Shown: positions 1 to 13,402, numbered from the stretch's first letter. The stretch: DNA of 64,000 nucleotides from Octopus sinensis (GCF_006345805.1 NC_043018.1:806001-870000), one strand, 5' to 3'. The notes: generated from the sequence alone by a model not told the origin. Made by a program: numbers and translations.

Positions 1-304
1 CAATATTTTTCCATAAGTGTATGGATTTACAGATCAGACAATTAAACCCATGAATCTCTTTCTTTTTGAACTTTTTCTAAGACTAAGTCGTTTAAATGTC
101 AATATATAATATATAATTACATTGTTTTGTACACTTTTCTATATTATTGCTTTCAAATTTTAGCACACGGCCTACAAAATCGGGTGAGTTTGAAAATCGA
201 TTAGATTGACCTCAGTAGTTAATTGGTACATATTTTATAGACACCAAGGGGACACAATTTAATGTTGCCCTCAGTAGATCTGGAACACAGTACGAAGAAT
301 AGAG

Positions 305-555
305 TGGAAGCGCGTAGCTTAGTCGTTAGTGTGTCGGGATCATAATCGTAAGGTTATCGTTTCGATTCCCGAACCGGGCGACGTGTTGTGTTCTTGAGCA
401 AAACACTTCATTTCACGTTGCTCCAGTTCACTCAGCTGTCAAAAATGAGTAACGCTGCGACGGACTGGCGTCCCGTCCAGCTGGGAAACGCAAACGCCAT
501 TGAAACCGGGAAACAGGGCCCGTGAGCCTGGCTAGGCTTTAAAAGGGCGCATCTA
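305..555 (+). mobile_element. tRNA-derived SINE with CORE-like central domain
   Basis: tRNA-like head (A box TAGCTTAGTCG, B box TTTCGATTCC) followed by TTGAGCAAAACACTTCATTTCACGTTGCTCCAGTTCACTCAGCTG; same central segment as the copy at 53978. Confidence 0.75.
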
Positions 556-1538
556 GTTTTTATTCTTACGTAGAATACAACGAAAAATTATTACCGCTAA
601 TAATTTTTCGTAGTGTTACCAATCATATTTCCAACGTGAATATCTGGTGTTATTGAAGTTGTGTTTATAAGTATATAAAAATTCATGTATTTATTTAGAA
701 AACCCCTGCTTCTGTGTTGTGGAAAGATTCCGACCATCATTTCAGTAACAAAACCGTAAACTGACTCATTGTTATAAAACAACCTTTGATAAAGTGCGTT
801 GAGTAGTGAATCTTGTATATAATTTCTCCCTACCTGCTTCGGTACATTATATATATATCTCCAATAGTTTCGAAAGTACATGTATTAAAAGGGAACGCAG
901 TGTAAATAACGGACAGAGTCAAAACTATTGAAAAGGTTGCAAAACGCAACGAAAATTTTAGAAAATAAAAATAAGAAAATAAAAGTGGAAATTCTACCGG
1001 TGAGTGTGTTAAATAATAAGGTACTAAAAGAGAATGACTCTCCCCAGATAAAACAGTATATGCTTCAACAAACGAACTCATATAAAGAATCCTGCAAACC
1101 AAATCCAAAAACGAAACATGTATTATAGTTTTATGGATTATATAATCATTAGTTGATACATACAGTTTCTATGTTTTCGCTCATAACTAGTATTACTGTA
1201 TAACTATAGATTAATCAATGGAGTCTTAATGAGGTGTTATTACATTCTTTGTGTTTTACAAGCTCTCCCTTAACATATGTTACCAAACAGAGGTATTTGA
1301 AGGAATATTGATTTCGTCTTAAGTACAGTTTACATAAGAATGTGGTCGTGAAGATTATGGCTATAATGCTTGTGGTTTTATGTCTGTCAGATCAGACTTG
1401 ACTTACGGTTAAATAAAAGACCGATGATGTCGTTTCCTTTGATCACAAAGATCAACAAGGAAGAATGCAGAATGATATTTCTTTGGTGAAATTTAACATG
1501 AAAGCAGGAAGTCTAAGATTAATACGTTCAACAAATAA

Positions 1539-1550
1539 ACACACACACAC

Positions 1551-1587
<37 letters not shown>

Positions 1588-1618
1588 ATATATATATATA
1601 TATATACTACATACATAC

Positions 1619-1692
<74 letters not shown>

Positions 1693-1700
1693 ATACATAG
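1539..1700. repeat. compound microsatellite (CA)n(TA)n(TAGA)n
   Basis: Directly visible. Confidence 0.95.
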
Positions 1701-2109
1701 ATATTGATTGGCAAAAGGGAGAAAACTGTTCAAATGGCATTTCTACTAATGTTGACTCTAAATCTAGTTTGAAATCGAATTCAAAGGGGAATATGTATAA
1801 ATATTCACGAACTAAAGAGAGCAAAAAATGTAAAATCGAGAGAAATTTATCCCTACAAATAGCGAACAATTTGACAATTTTAGAAAGAAAATATTCTTAT
1901 TGTATATGACAATCGGAAAATGAGAAATGCTTTAGAAAATCGATATTAATATCAAAAGCAAATGTTAACCTTAGATATTGAAAAATATACTTGCTAGAAC
2001 GAAATTTCATAAATTGGAAAACACCTTCTTCAAAATAGAGAAAATGGTGTTATCATACTTGTTTATATGAGGCTGAATTATCTGAGTTCAAGAATGTGGG
2101 TAGAAAATT

Positions 2110-2270
2110 ATTCAAATAATCTTATCTTCTGAATCTATTTGTGAGTCTGAGTCTGAAGCTTACAATTCCCAAGGCTCCAATAATAACAGGTACTGCAGGC
2201 TCCTTCTTCAATAACCACACTAATTTGTCTCTCACTTCAATGATCTTGTTGCTCTTTCGCTACAGTTCAT
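2110..2270 (-). mobile_element. degenerate R4/Dong-type LINE fragment (restriction-like endonuclease C-terminus)
   Basis: Minus strand reads ..KLVWLLKKEPAVPVIIGALGIV.., matching TIPVVIGALGMI of the clearer copy at 31204-31473. Confidence 0.55.
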
Positions 2271-2392
2271 CTCATTAAGTATTTAGATGACAGCCTTTCT
2301 CCGCAAATCGAATAAAGGTACGACACAGCTGACAATATCTTATGACATACGTAACCGTTGCTTTCCTTTAGCAATGTAATAGATTGTCTGCT

Positions 2393-2765
2393 GTGGCCCA
2401 GTGGTTAGGACAGCGGACTCGCGGTCATAGGATCGCGGTTTCGATTCCCAGACCGGGCGTTGTGAGTGTTTATTGAGCGAAAACACCTAAAGCTCCACGA
2501 GGCTCCGGCAGGGGATGGTGGTGATCCCTGCTGTACTCTTTCACCACAACTTTCTTTCACTCTCACTTCCTGTTTCTGTTGTACCTGTATTTCAAAGGGC
2601 CGGTCTTGTCACTCTCTGTGTCACGCTGAATATCCCGGAGAACTACGTTAAAGGTACACGTGTCTGTGGAGTGCTCAGCCACTTACACGTTAATTTCACG
2701 AGCAGGCTGTTCCGTTGATTCGGATCAACCGGAACCCTCATCGTCGTAACCGACGGAGTGCTTCC
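2393..2765 (+). mobile_element. tRNA-derived SINE family A, near full length, 12-bp TSD
   Basis: Head GTGGCCCAGTGGTTAGG..GGTTTCGATTCCC, tail GACGGAGTGCTTCC; TSD AGATTGTCTGCT at 2381-2392 and 2766-2777; five further copies in the window. Confidence 0.92.
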
Positions 2766-3372
2766 AGATTGTCTGCTAAATCAAACAACTCAGATATATG
2801 CTGAGATACTTTTACACATGCATCTATATAATTGCACGTAATGAATATCGAGTATACAAATTGAGTGTCACATATTTTGATTGGGTACGTGTACAGTGAT
2901 ATGCAAACCACAGACTTTGTACTAGGGTGGGTTAATCACACATAACTACAACCAGAACCACAGTATTTTAACATAAAGATATGATCGTCTTAGAAATACC
3001 AGGTTTCATTATTAACTCCAGGATATGAAATGTGTCACCGAATTCATCAAACTTCGAAATCGCATCTAACTGTAGTTGCTACTAAATACTGCAGAATATT
3101 GTGGTAGGCTACGACTTTGTCTTTCATCCTTTCGGGGTCGATAGATTTAGTAGCAGTTGAGTACTGGAGTCGATCTGATCGACTGGCCTCTTCCCTAAAT
3201 AAATTTGGTCCTTGTACCTAGAGTAGAAAAGGATATTTTGTCAGGCTAGGCAATCCAGAGATATTTTGGCATCATGGTACGCATAATGACTATAAACACA
3301 GAAACAACACCAATACAAAGAGTGATGAAGATGATGGAGGTGATGATTAAAGTGTGAATAATAATGGGATTA

Positions 3373-3761
3373 TGGAAGCACTCCGTCGGTTACAACGATG
3401 AGGGTTCCGGTTGATCCGAATCAACGGAACAGCCTGCTCGTGAAATTAACGTGTAAGTGGCTGAGCACTCCACAGACACGTGTACCCTTAACGTAGTTCT
3501 CAGGGATATTCAGCGTGACACAGAGAGTGACAAGGCCGGCCCCTTGAAATACAGGTACAATAGAAACAGGAAGTAAGAGTGGTGTGAGAGAAAGTTGAGG
3601 CGAAAGAGTACAACAGGGGTCGCCACCCCCCCCCTGCCGGAGCCTAGTGGAACTTTAGGTGTTTTCGCTCAATAAACACACACAACGCCCGGTCTGGGAA
3701 TAGAAACCGCGATCCTCCGACCGCGAGTCCGCTGCCCTAACCACTGGGCCATTGCGCCTCC
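3373..3761 (-). mobile_element. SINE family A, full length
   Basis: Reverse complement of the 2393 copy; flanked by GAATAATAAT on both sides (about 10-bp TSD). Confidence 0.92.
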
Positions 3762-4044
3762 GAATAATAATAATAATGATAACAGTCATCAATAATATGA
3801 TTGGTTTCACACTTTGGCACATGCGCAGCTATTTCGCGGTAGGGGATGATTCGAATAGATCGACTCCAGTATTCAAATAGTACTTATACTTATGGAAGTG
3901 AAAGGTTAAAATGCAAAGTCCATCTCGACGAAATTTGAATTCAGAACCTAGTGATGGACGAAATGCTGTTACGCATTTTTAAAAGTGTGCAAAACCATTC
4001 TACCAGCTCACCGCCCTCAACAATTATAATACTCATATGCATTC

Positions 4045-4124
4045 GTTATTATTATTATTATTAATGGTTATAATATTATTATTATTATTAATGGTTATAA
4101 TAGTTTTAGTATTATTATTATTAT

Positions 4125-4155
<31 letters not shown>

Positions 4156-4186
4156 GGTGCTGGTGGTGCTGGTAGTAGTAGTAGTA

Positions 4187-4240
<54 letters not shown>
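4045..4240. repeat. (TTA)n/(GTA)n trinucleotide array
   Basis: Directly visible. Confidence 0.9.
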
Positions 4241-4242
<2 letters not shown>

Positions 4243-4472
4243 AAATTGCATTGAAAACTGCCGTGCAATCATTTTAAGCAATATTAATTTAATGAATAAT
4301 ATTAGCATGTAATTAATTTCAACCTTCTCAAATCTTGAAAATAGATAATTTGCAGAATGGTATCAGGTGCTAAACCTATAAGTTGACCCAAAATAAAAAA
4401 AATGAAAATTAAAAAATAAGAGAATGGAAATTACGGTGAGTTTAATATACAACTGCAACAAGAAGGACAACA

Positions 4473-4580
4473 GCAACTACTACTACTACTACTACTACTG
4501 CTGCTGCTACAACTACTACTACTACTACTACTACTACTTCTCCGTTTTCTTCTTCTTCTTCTTCTTCTTCTTCTTCTTCT
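4473..4580. repeat. (CTA)n/(CTT)n trinucleotide array
   Basis: Directly visible. Confidence 0.9.
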
Positions 4581-4612
4581 TTTTCTAAGACAACAAAAAG
4601 GTATTAACCATG

Positions 4613-4838
4613 AAAGGCGGCGAGCTGGCAGAAACATTTAGCACGCCGGGCGAAATGCTTAGCGGTATTTCGTCTGCGTTACGTTGTGAGTTCAAATTCA
4701 AAGACTTTGCCTTTCATCCTTTCGGGGTCGATAAATTAAGTACCAGTTACGCACTGGAGTCGATGCAATCGACTTAATACCTATGTCTGTCCTTGTTTGT
4801 CCTCTCTGTGTTTAGCCCCTTGTGGGTAATAAAGAAAT
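4613..4838 (+). mobile_element. Meta-domain-type SINE (family C), 18-bp TSD
   Basis: Head AAGGCGGCGAGCTGGCAGAAAC, central GCCTTTCATCCTTTCGGGGTCGATAAATTAAGTACCAG (resembles the Meta domain as I recall it), tail GTAATAAAGAAATAGG; TSD AGGTATTAACCATGAAAG at 4599-4616 and 4839-4856. Confidence 0.88.
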
Positions 4839-6401
4839 AGGTATTAACCATGAAAGTAATGTTAAGGTTCTCAAGACTTAAAACCTAATGAACTCTCGCA
4901 AAAATAGTGTGTTCAATTTCCGTGCTCACGCCTTACCAGCGACAGTAATACTAAGAGCAATCGCAGGAATAGTTCTTAAACGTTTCTAAATTGTTAGATC
5001 CGTCCATGTAACAGATGTATAAAGAAAACACAAAAGGAAGAGTGAAGGATTTGGGGTCTATTACAGCAACTGGTAAAAATAATGATAAAATAATTCTGTA
5101 AGAGGTAACAGATTTTCTACGAAAGCGATGAGTTCAGTTTCATCTCACGCCGTGTAGTAAACAATCTCTTCATGATATAAGGGGGAAAAGATCTCAGTTG
5201 TAAATGGCCAAAGCTAATGTAATATCTGCACTGTGTTTAACACAGGGTAGGTTACAAAAGACAAGCCGAAATTGCTAGACAAACCCCTGATTATGGATCT
5301 GCGCTTTGTCAGGTTTAGATGTAATAAAAACGTAAGGGTCACAATGAAAATAATTGATGAAGCCGTAGACCCGTGGCTCGTAGGAGAATATTTGTCTTAC
5401 GATGGGAAAATATTCAAAGCAGACTTCAGACATGGGCTTTTCATGGACAGTAAATATAGTTTTGGTAAAAATACAGATTCTTGACGGTCACAGAGGCATA
5501 TTTTCATTGCTATGGGTCGAAGGCCCAGTGACAAATGACATGCAATTGATGATACAGGGTAACTACTCGCTATCTTTTTTTTTACGTGAAACGCCTCGGT
5601 CCTGAAATATCGGAAAATAAGGGAAGATTAAGAAAAAAGTTTGTGAAGGCAAAGCACATAAGTAAATCCATTTTCAAAGTAATACCTTCTTAAATCTGGG
5701 GATAACAAGAGAAATTTCCTTAGGGAATCTTACACAAACAAGTTTTTAATAATGCTCCATTTCATCACAGAACTAATATATGATATGGCATCTTCCTCGT
5801 GCGATGACGAATAAATGTGGTAAAAATTCCCAAACGGAACGGCGAAAATACAAAACGAATGAGAAAAAACATCGAACAACTCAAAAACTCTATATAAAAG
5901 AACGAAATCTGGTCAGATCAGTGTGGAATTTATTTCTTATCGAACTCTCTCTCTCTCTCTCTCTCTTTCCCATTCCCTCACTTTATCTCTCTCCTTCTCT
6001 CTGTCTTAATACTGTAAATTAAGTACTTATCAAAATATCCTTTTAACCCAAGATGTAGAAAAGTTTTATATTTTATAGGGGAATGTATAAGGTGTCCCCT
6101 AAGTCGCCTCAGTGTGTTGTACAGTCCAAGAGGTTAGGATGTTCATTTTTGAACCAGCTAGTTTCCTCTTCGTCCCCATCGCAACGCACATTCGACAAAC
6201 ATCTGCCATAGCCGTGAACCGCTTAATTCATTCTGAATAAGTTTGTTTGACAGAAACCTAACAAATATATACATACACACACGCGCACACATATATTTTT
6301 GGGTGTGCACGTGCTTGCATGTTTGTCTGTTTGTTTGGGCTTTACGTTTATTCTCAATCACTTCGGAACGGATGTTGGTGTGTCTACATGACCGTAGTAC
6401 G

Positions 6402-6683
6402 TTTGTTCCTTCTCGAGCCATGCCTGGCTCATAAGGGCCGGTTTCTGAGTTTCCTCAACGTATTGGTTCCCCACCTAGACGGCACGCCGGTGAACTGCAA
6501 GATGCAGGAGGAACGAGTGAGAGAAAGTTGTGGAGAAAGAGTCAGCAGAAGTTCGCCATTACCTTCTGCCGGAGCCGCGTGGAATTAGGTATTTCACTCA
6601 CAAACATACACATCACCCGGTCTGAGATTCGAACCCGTGATCCCTCGACCGCGAGTCCGCTGCTCTAATCACTAGACCATGTA
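6402..6683 (-). mobile_element. tRNA-derived SINE related to family A (different 3' half)
   Basis: Minus-strand head GGTCTAGTGATTAGAGCAGCGGACTCGCGGTCGAGGGATCACGGGTTCGAATCTCAGACCGGG shares the family A 5' half; 3' half shared with 30150-30370. Confidence 0.8.
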
Positions 6684-7003
6684 TAGTGGCTCGTTAAAAG
6701 TGCCTGTGAGAATAGGACTAAGTACAAGAGTTAAAGATCCGGAGACTGTTTGTTCGATTAGCGCTGCAAGACTATACCCATCTATGGCTCCAAGTGAAAT
6801 AGTAAAACAAGAATATTCAAATGTATGCATTGTTTATGTTTCTAATGATCGGTGCGTTTGTTCCATCAGATATGAGTCACATTTTGTAATACGTCGTTTG
6901 GACAATACTTGATTTTGTACTAAATAATCGTATCGCTGGATTTAAAAATTATATGATAGTCCGACATGTACAAAATCTATCTACACAGTCACAGATGTAA
7001 CTA

Positions 7004-7555
7004 CTGGGTTGTCCGGTAAGTTCGTACCGATTTATAGTAACTTACATCTCGAAGTATTTTAGAACGTGGTTGAGTCCATAAAATAGAATTTGGCTACACC
7101 TCCATTTAGAGCACTGTTTAAGCTATCTTTTCGGGAGAGAAGATTTATGTTCCTATAACCTATATTAATTCTGTAACCCTTTAAAATGGAAGACAAGAAA
7201 GTTTATTTTCGGCACTTGATGCTTTGTGAACCAGACAAAATTGCTGCAGCTCGGCTGGGATGTGTTATCCCGCCCTATATATTCACCTTGGGATTTCCAC
7301 TTATTCAGGTCACTACAGAATACTCTTAATGGTAAAACTTTCAATTCCTTGGATGACGTAAAATAATACCTTGATGAAATCTTTGCCATGAAACCACCTC
7401 AATTCTGGGAAGAGGGTATTTTCAAGTGAAAGGAAAGATGGAGACGCATTGTGCAACAATGTGGTTTATATTTGATTGATTAAAAATGAAATGGCAAGTA
7501 TTTATTGACCTTTTTCTTTCCTTTAAAATCGGCACGAACTTTACGGACAACCCAA
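7004..7555 (+). mobile_element. internally deleted mariner element with TIRs and TA TSD
   Basis: TA-CTGGGTTGTCCGGTAAGTTCGTACCGATTT ... AAATCGGCACGAACTTTACGGACAACCCAA-TA; internal + strand relic ..QKLLQLGWDVL..YSP..DFHLFRSLQNTLNGKTFNSLDDVK..WRRIVQQCGLYLID*, a mariner transposase C-terminus with stops and frameshifts. Confidence 0.9.
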
Positions 7556-7929
7556 TACAACAAGTATAATGTCTGTAATTAACACTATTCTATTAAAACC
7601 AAGATTTTCTATACGAATCTAAATTCATTTCAACATGTGTAATTGGAAATTCTGAAAGAACTCGAAAAATAATCACCGAACATCTAAATAGATTTCGCGA
7701 TGCAGCTGACTGAATTTCTTAAATGACATTAACGCCAGTGCTTCTATCATAATTCCTTAGGTAACTGGCAGGCGGTGAACTCAGTATTCCCTCATGAACA
7801 GATAAAAGATAAGCTTAGAGTAAATGCCCACATAATGATAATGACCTTAATTGTTATATGTATATACAGGGGAGGGAAAAAGTGGGTATGTATTTGCTTA
7901 ATATTAGCGGAATGTCTAAATGTCAAGTT

Positions 7930-8200
7930 GTTCCTAAGTTGAATAAGGGATCTGCAGATCTGGAGACTTACAGTGAATGTTTGAAACACAAGCATTTCGT
8001 TTGCTTCAGGGGTTAGACTCATTACTCGACCACATTTCTGTGCATTGTTGATCGACCCACTGTTTATGAGAGGACTGATGTTTAAATTTTTACAGTCCAT
8101 TTCTGTCTAATCATTTCTGCATTCTCCGTTTTACAATACTGCCTGAGGATCCAATTTCGTTCTTCGTTGGTCAAATTACCATCCAGATAATGAAATTGCA
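7930..8200 (-). mobile_element. Tc1/mariner-superfamily transposase N-terminal HTH relic (DUF4817-like)
   Basis: Minus strand LTNEERNWILRQYCKTENAEMIRQKW, then after a frameshift ..SGSINNAQKCGRVMSLTPEANEMLVFQTF, resembling the HTH plus 'GSV.D..KSGRP.S..TPE' pattern. Confidence 0.6.
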
Positions 8201-8489
8201 AAATTGGGAATAAACCCTTCGACTATTATGGAATAGAGAGAATCAGTAACAAATAAAATACAAGGAGATTTTAAAAAAATCTTAATTAAGAAATACGTAG
8301 CAGTAAAGAACATCCCACGCATATTGGATTCAAATTTCAGCACATGGCTTGCTGCTTCGGGTGACCGGCAAGGTCGATTAAATCGACCCCGGTGTTCAAC
8401 TAGAACTTACCTTATCAATTTTCTTTAGGCGTGGGGATGGTGTTGTGTCTGCACGATAAAAGTTTATATGTATTTATGTACGTATACAT

Positions 8490-8835
8490 GTGTGTGTGTG
8501 ATTTTCTTTGTCCATCACCACTGCTTGTCAACCAGTGGTGGTTTGTTTACGTCACGTAACTTAGCGGTTTGTAAATATTTAAGGATAGCATAATAGACCT
8601 GTAAAAAATAAGTATAATGACTGGTTTTACGACTAAAGACTTAGCGCGGTACTCCAGCATGGCTGCAGCCTAATGAGTGAAGTATACGAGAAAAGATAAA
8701 ATATTTACGCAGTGGCTATGTGGTAAGTAGCTTGCTTAACAACCACATGGCTCCGGGTTCATTCCCACAGTGTGGCACCTTGGGCAAGTGACTTTTACTA
8801 TAGCCTCGGGCCGACCAAAGCCATGTGAGTGGTTT
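8490..8835 (+). mobile_element. two adjacent fragments of V-domain-type SINE family B
   Basis: 3' part (..GTGGTTTGTTTACGTCACGTAACTTAGCGG..CCAGCATGGCTGCAG) followed by a 5' part (GTGGCTATGTGGTAAGTAGCTTGC..CCTTGGGCAAGTG..GCCGACCAAAGCC). Confidence 0.7.
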
Positions 8836-8914
8836 GGGCTTCCCTATGTCTTGCTGTAACTAGCAGCTCTTAATAAATTTAATTATTACCTACATAGGAG
8901 TCTATATCTACTCT

Positions 8915-9050
8915 AACTTGAAGCAGTCTTGTACAGATATAAGTCTTCTTCCACTTTCCTTGCTAGGCAATTCATCTCTTCCATTTTTCTTTCTCGGCAC
9001 GTTACCTGTGCCACTTTCCTTTTTAGGCAATTCACCGAAAACTAGCTGTT
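8915..9050 (-). mobile_element. R4/Dong-type LINE relic (post-RT region)
   Basis: Minus strand ..RDELPSKESGRRLISVQDCFKLE, similar to the LYLPRKEGGRGLISV motif; compare 60887-60960. Confidence 0.5.
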
Positions 9051-10427
9051 CTTGGGGGTTCCATTGTAATCATTGCTGAGTCCCACATAGTGATAAGCAT
9101 TATTTAATTACATATATAATTGATACTCACTCCGATCGTCCTACGTTGTTTGAACAACGGTATTCACTCTTTATTCGTGAGATAATTCACAGAACCAAAG
9201 AACTGTTTTGGTTAAGACTTCGCGAGATTCGACTTTGAATTTTGTCTTTAAATGAAATAATATATCAGACATATATTCCAGAGTCCATCACTTGATTCGG
9301 ACATTTTCCGTTCAGAAACCCGTGTCTCTTTAGCATTGGCAGCAATCATGAACAATACAATTATATATTATTGAATTTGTTACATCATTTTATCAAATGC
9401 CGAAGGGTATGACATTGCCTTTCAAGTACTAAGATCAATTATAGTGACTTAAAATACTCATTTGTATTATGTTTGCCATAGTTCAGTCCTATGTCCGCTT
9501 TGATTGAAATGATGATCGACGACATTCCGGCCTCGACCATCACAGCAATTATCCTGTGGAGAAAACGCAGAACAATATTACCAGACTAAAACATTTTTAC
9601 AGAAAAGAGTCAATAATTTGAGAGAGGTATGGCTGATATTTTCTCTTCGTAGATCAACCGCATACACTCACTTCTGTGGGTTGGAACGAAACCTCAGGCC
9701 AAACTATTGATAATAATGATTCCTATTTGAAATATTTGACATGAAAGACTGTCTAGAACTTAAATGGTAGAAATAAATGTAATAAAGAAATTGCTGGTGG
9801 ATTCATTTGTAGACATTGTAAACGGACACATTGATGAGTAAAATATATCGTATTGAGGTACTGCTTCTTAAAGTTTGGTTTCAAAAGCCAAGACAACGGA
9901 GCCTTCTCTTGCAATCCTTTCGAGAGCGAATAAGATAACTATCACTCATGTAGTAGAATATATTAAGTCGATTCTACGTGACATCAAATGTGTCCCAGTG
10001 TATATCGATAGGTTTTAGCGAGAATTTCATACTCAGTATTGATATAAAATAGATCAAGTCAAACATTTTATGTTGGCTATTGCATATATAGACAACTAAA
10101 AACACTTGACATCAACTACAAATTATTCTCAATTCTCAAAATCATTCAGTCTTCAGGAATGAAAATAAGGGATCTCCTTAAATAATCATATTCCTATTTC
10201 CATCCTTAACTTTACAAACTTTACACGACTGATACGGTTTGTCTTGCAAAAGAAAAGTACATGCTGATTTCATGATAACACTGAACCTTACTCATTTCAT
10301 TCGTATCCCTGTGAACGAAAACTTACCTTTGCGAATCATAATTTCACAAAAGGACTGCACATATGAATATTATCATGTATATGTATTTATGCTGTTAAGA
10401 ATGTGGAGCTTATTGGCATAGGATTGT

Positions 10428-10790
<363 letters not shown>

Positions 10791-10986
10791 TTTATTGTTG
10801 TTGTTGTTATTATTATTATTATTATAATAAAAAATTACGATTGTGTCTTATATTTTCTTCTCTATTCCGTGATTTCTTCTGTATCGTCGCTCAAACAACC
10901 TTCTTGATCCATCTTTCGTTGTTTGAATTTATATGAGATCGACATTATCTCTGTTACAATATAACTGAATAAATAGATAAAGAAAT

Positions 10987-11412
10987 ATAGGCGCAGGAGT
11001 GGCTGTGTGGTAAGTAGCTTGCTAACCAACCACATGGTTCCGGGTTCAGTTCCACTGCGTGGCATCTTGGGCGAGTGTCTTCTGCTATAGCCCCGTGCCG
11101 ACCAATGCCTTGTGAGTGGATTTGGTAGACGGACACTGAGAGAAGACTGTCGTATATATATATATATATATATAAGTGTGTGTGTGTGTATATGTTTGTG
11201 TGTCTGTGTTTGTCCCCCTAGCATTGCTTGACAACCGATGCTGGTGTGTTTACGTCCCCGTCACATAGCGGTTCGGCAAAAAGAGACCGATAGAATAAGT
11301 ACTGGGCTTACAAAGAATAAGTCCCGGGGTCGATTTGCTCGACTTCAAGGCGGTGCTCCAGCATGGCCGCAGTCAAATGACTGAAACAAGTAAAAGAGAA
11401 AAAGAGTAAAGA
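10987..11412 (+). mobile_element. V-domain-type tRNA SINE family B, full length
   Basis: Head ATAGGCGCAGGAGTGGCTGTGTGGTAAG..GGTTCAGTTCC, central CTTGGGCGAGTGTCTTCTGCTATAGCC..GTGAGTGGATTTGGTAGACGG, internal (TA)n(TG)n, tail (AAGAG)-like repeats. Confidence 0.9.
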
Positions 11413-11829
11413 ATATGAACAAATAAACATAAGACCGTAAAGCATTCTGTCCCTTTACTTTATATATTTTTCTTTATTTCTGAAAGGGAATCTATTGTGT
11501 CATTCGGCTAGAAATAACTCCTAGCTCTTGTTCAGTGTTTTTATTTCTCCCCTTAATTCTCGAGCTGGATTTTTGTGTTTTAAAAGAGATTTATTCCCAT
11601 GATGGGCAAATATTTCAGCCAATTTTTAATTAAAATTGAATCCCATAAATAAGATTACGCAACAATAAAAAATAAAATTCGCAAACTTCCTCCAACACCC
11701 CCCCCCACAAAAAAATACATTCAATTCAGAGATTAATGTTAATATTAATAGTTACAATAGTTACAACAAATATACAAGCAACATTAAAAAAAAACAACTA
11801 TTAATACAAATAATAAAAAGCTTTCATCA

Positions 11830-11856
11830 ATAATAGTAATAGTAATAATAATAATA

Positions 11857-11911
<55 letters not shown>

Positions 11912-12106
11912 TGACAACAACAATAATAATAATGATAAATAATAATGATAATAAAAATAATAATAATAATGATGATGATGATGATGACGATGACAACAAC
12001 AACAATAATAATAATAAATAATGATGATGATAATAATAATAATAATAGTAATAATAATAATAATTATGATGATGATGACGATGACAACAACAACAACAAC
12101 AACAAC

Positions 12107-12140
<34 letters not shown>

Positions 12141-12156
12141 GATGATGATGATGATG

Positions 12157-12242
<86 letters not shown>

Positions 12243-12436
12243 TGACAACAACAATAATAATAATGATAAATAATAATGATAATAAAAATAATAATAATAA
12301 TGATGATGATGATGATGACGATGACAACAACAACAATAATAATAATAATAATGATGATGATAATAATAATAATAATAGTAATAATAATAATAATTATGAT
12401 GATGATGACGATGACAACAACAACAACAACAACAAC

Positions 12437-12470
<34 letters not shown>

Positions 12471-12486
12471 GATGATGATGATGATG

Positions 12487-12530
<44 letters not shown>
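11830..12530. repeat. complex (TAA/TGA/CAA)n array with a 331-bp-period block duplication
   Basis: GATGACAACAACAATAATAATAATGATAAAT starts at 11910 and 12241; downstream interruption pattern is repeated. Confidence 0.9.
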
Positions 12531-12531
<1 letters not shown>

Positions 12532-12803
12532 TGAAGAAGATAAAGAAGGATAACAATCATGATCCTTATAATTCCAGTAGTAATGCAATTTCTTCTACTG
12601 CCACTACTGTCACAAACGCTACTGTTATTACTGCTACTGCTGCTGTTGGTGATGATGTTCATGCTTCTACACTAGTAGTATATCTACTACTATTATTTAG
12701 TTTTTGGAAATTAGTATTCGATACGTCTCATTCCTGGGATCGAGAGGGTTTTTCCGTTGCTGAATCAAGGTTGTTGAATGTCTACGCGACCAAAACCTAA
12801 TCG

Positions 12804-12852
<49 letters not shown>

Positions 12853-13402
12853 TTTCATCAGCCTCCGGATCATCGTCAGCATCGGTGACGATAAAAATCT
12901 TCAAGACCTTCGTAAGATTTTAAAATATAATGAATAAGACAGAAAGCGATTTCCTTCACTACCTTACAACAAAGATGGTGGCAGGGTAAAATTAACTCAG
13001 ATTTTGAAGAAAAAAAGGAAACGTAAACACATTGTGGTGGGTTTCCGAGAAGTGTCGATTTAGGATAGTTTACACTGAATGTATTTGTTGCATCGATGTA
13101 TTGTAGAACCATAATGGTGATTGTGATTGCGGTCGTCGTCATCATCTTCATTCTTCATCGCGTTCTTCGTAATCTTCATCGTGAAGTACTTCCTAAACAG
13201 AATTACATTGATCATCAATTATAATCCTCATCACGAACATTTTCTTCACCATCCTCATCGTCGTCGTTCTGATCGTCAAAATATCGTCTTCGCCACTGTC
13301 ATCGTCACCATACAAAAACACATCCATGGAAGAAAGTTAAAAATTTAAACAGCCATCGAGTTAAAATACTACCTGCCATTCACATATCATTGTGTCGGAC
13401 TG

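Noticed and set aside
597-881. 94-aa minus-strand ORF in unique DNA
   Set aside because: No recognisable motif or convincing splice pair; compatible with chance in AT-rich DNA.
2466-2718. Recurrent ORFs MFIERKHLKLHEAPAG.. / MVVIPAVLFHHNF.. seen in six places
   Set aside because: Chance frames within SINE family A copies, not a gene family.
9125-9250. Minus-strand GTGAGT donor with an upstream AG
   Set aside because: All three frames contain stops between acceptor and donor.
10862-11224. Recurrent ORFs ..FRLPNPLTR.WSARGYSRRH..
   Set aside because: Antisense translation of V-type SINE family B.
11784-12800. Long ORFs (up to 292 aa) of poly-I/L/Y/N
   Set aside because: Translation of (TAA/TGA/CAA)n arrays; the same applies to all IYIY, poly-N, poly-T and poly-S ORFs in the track.
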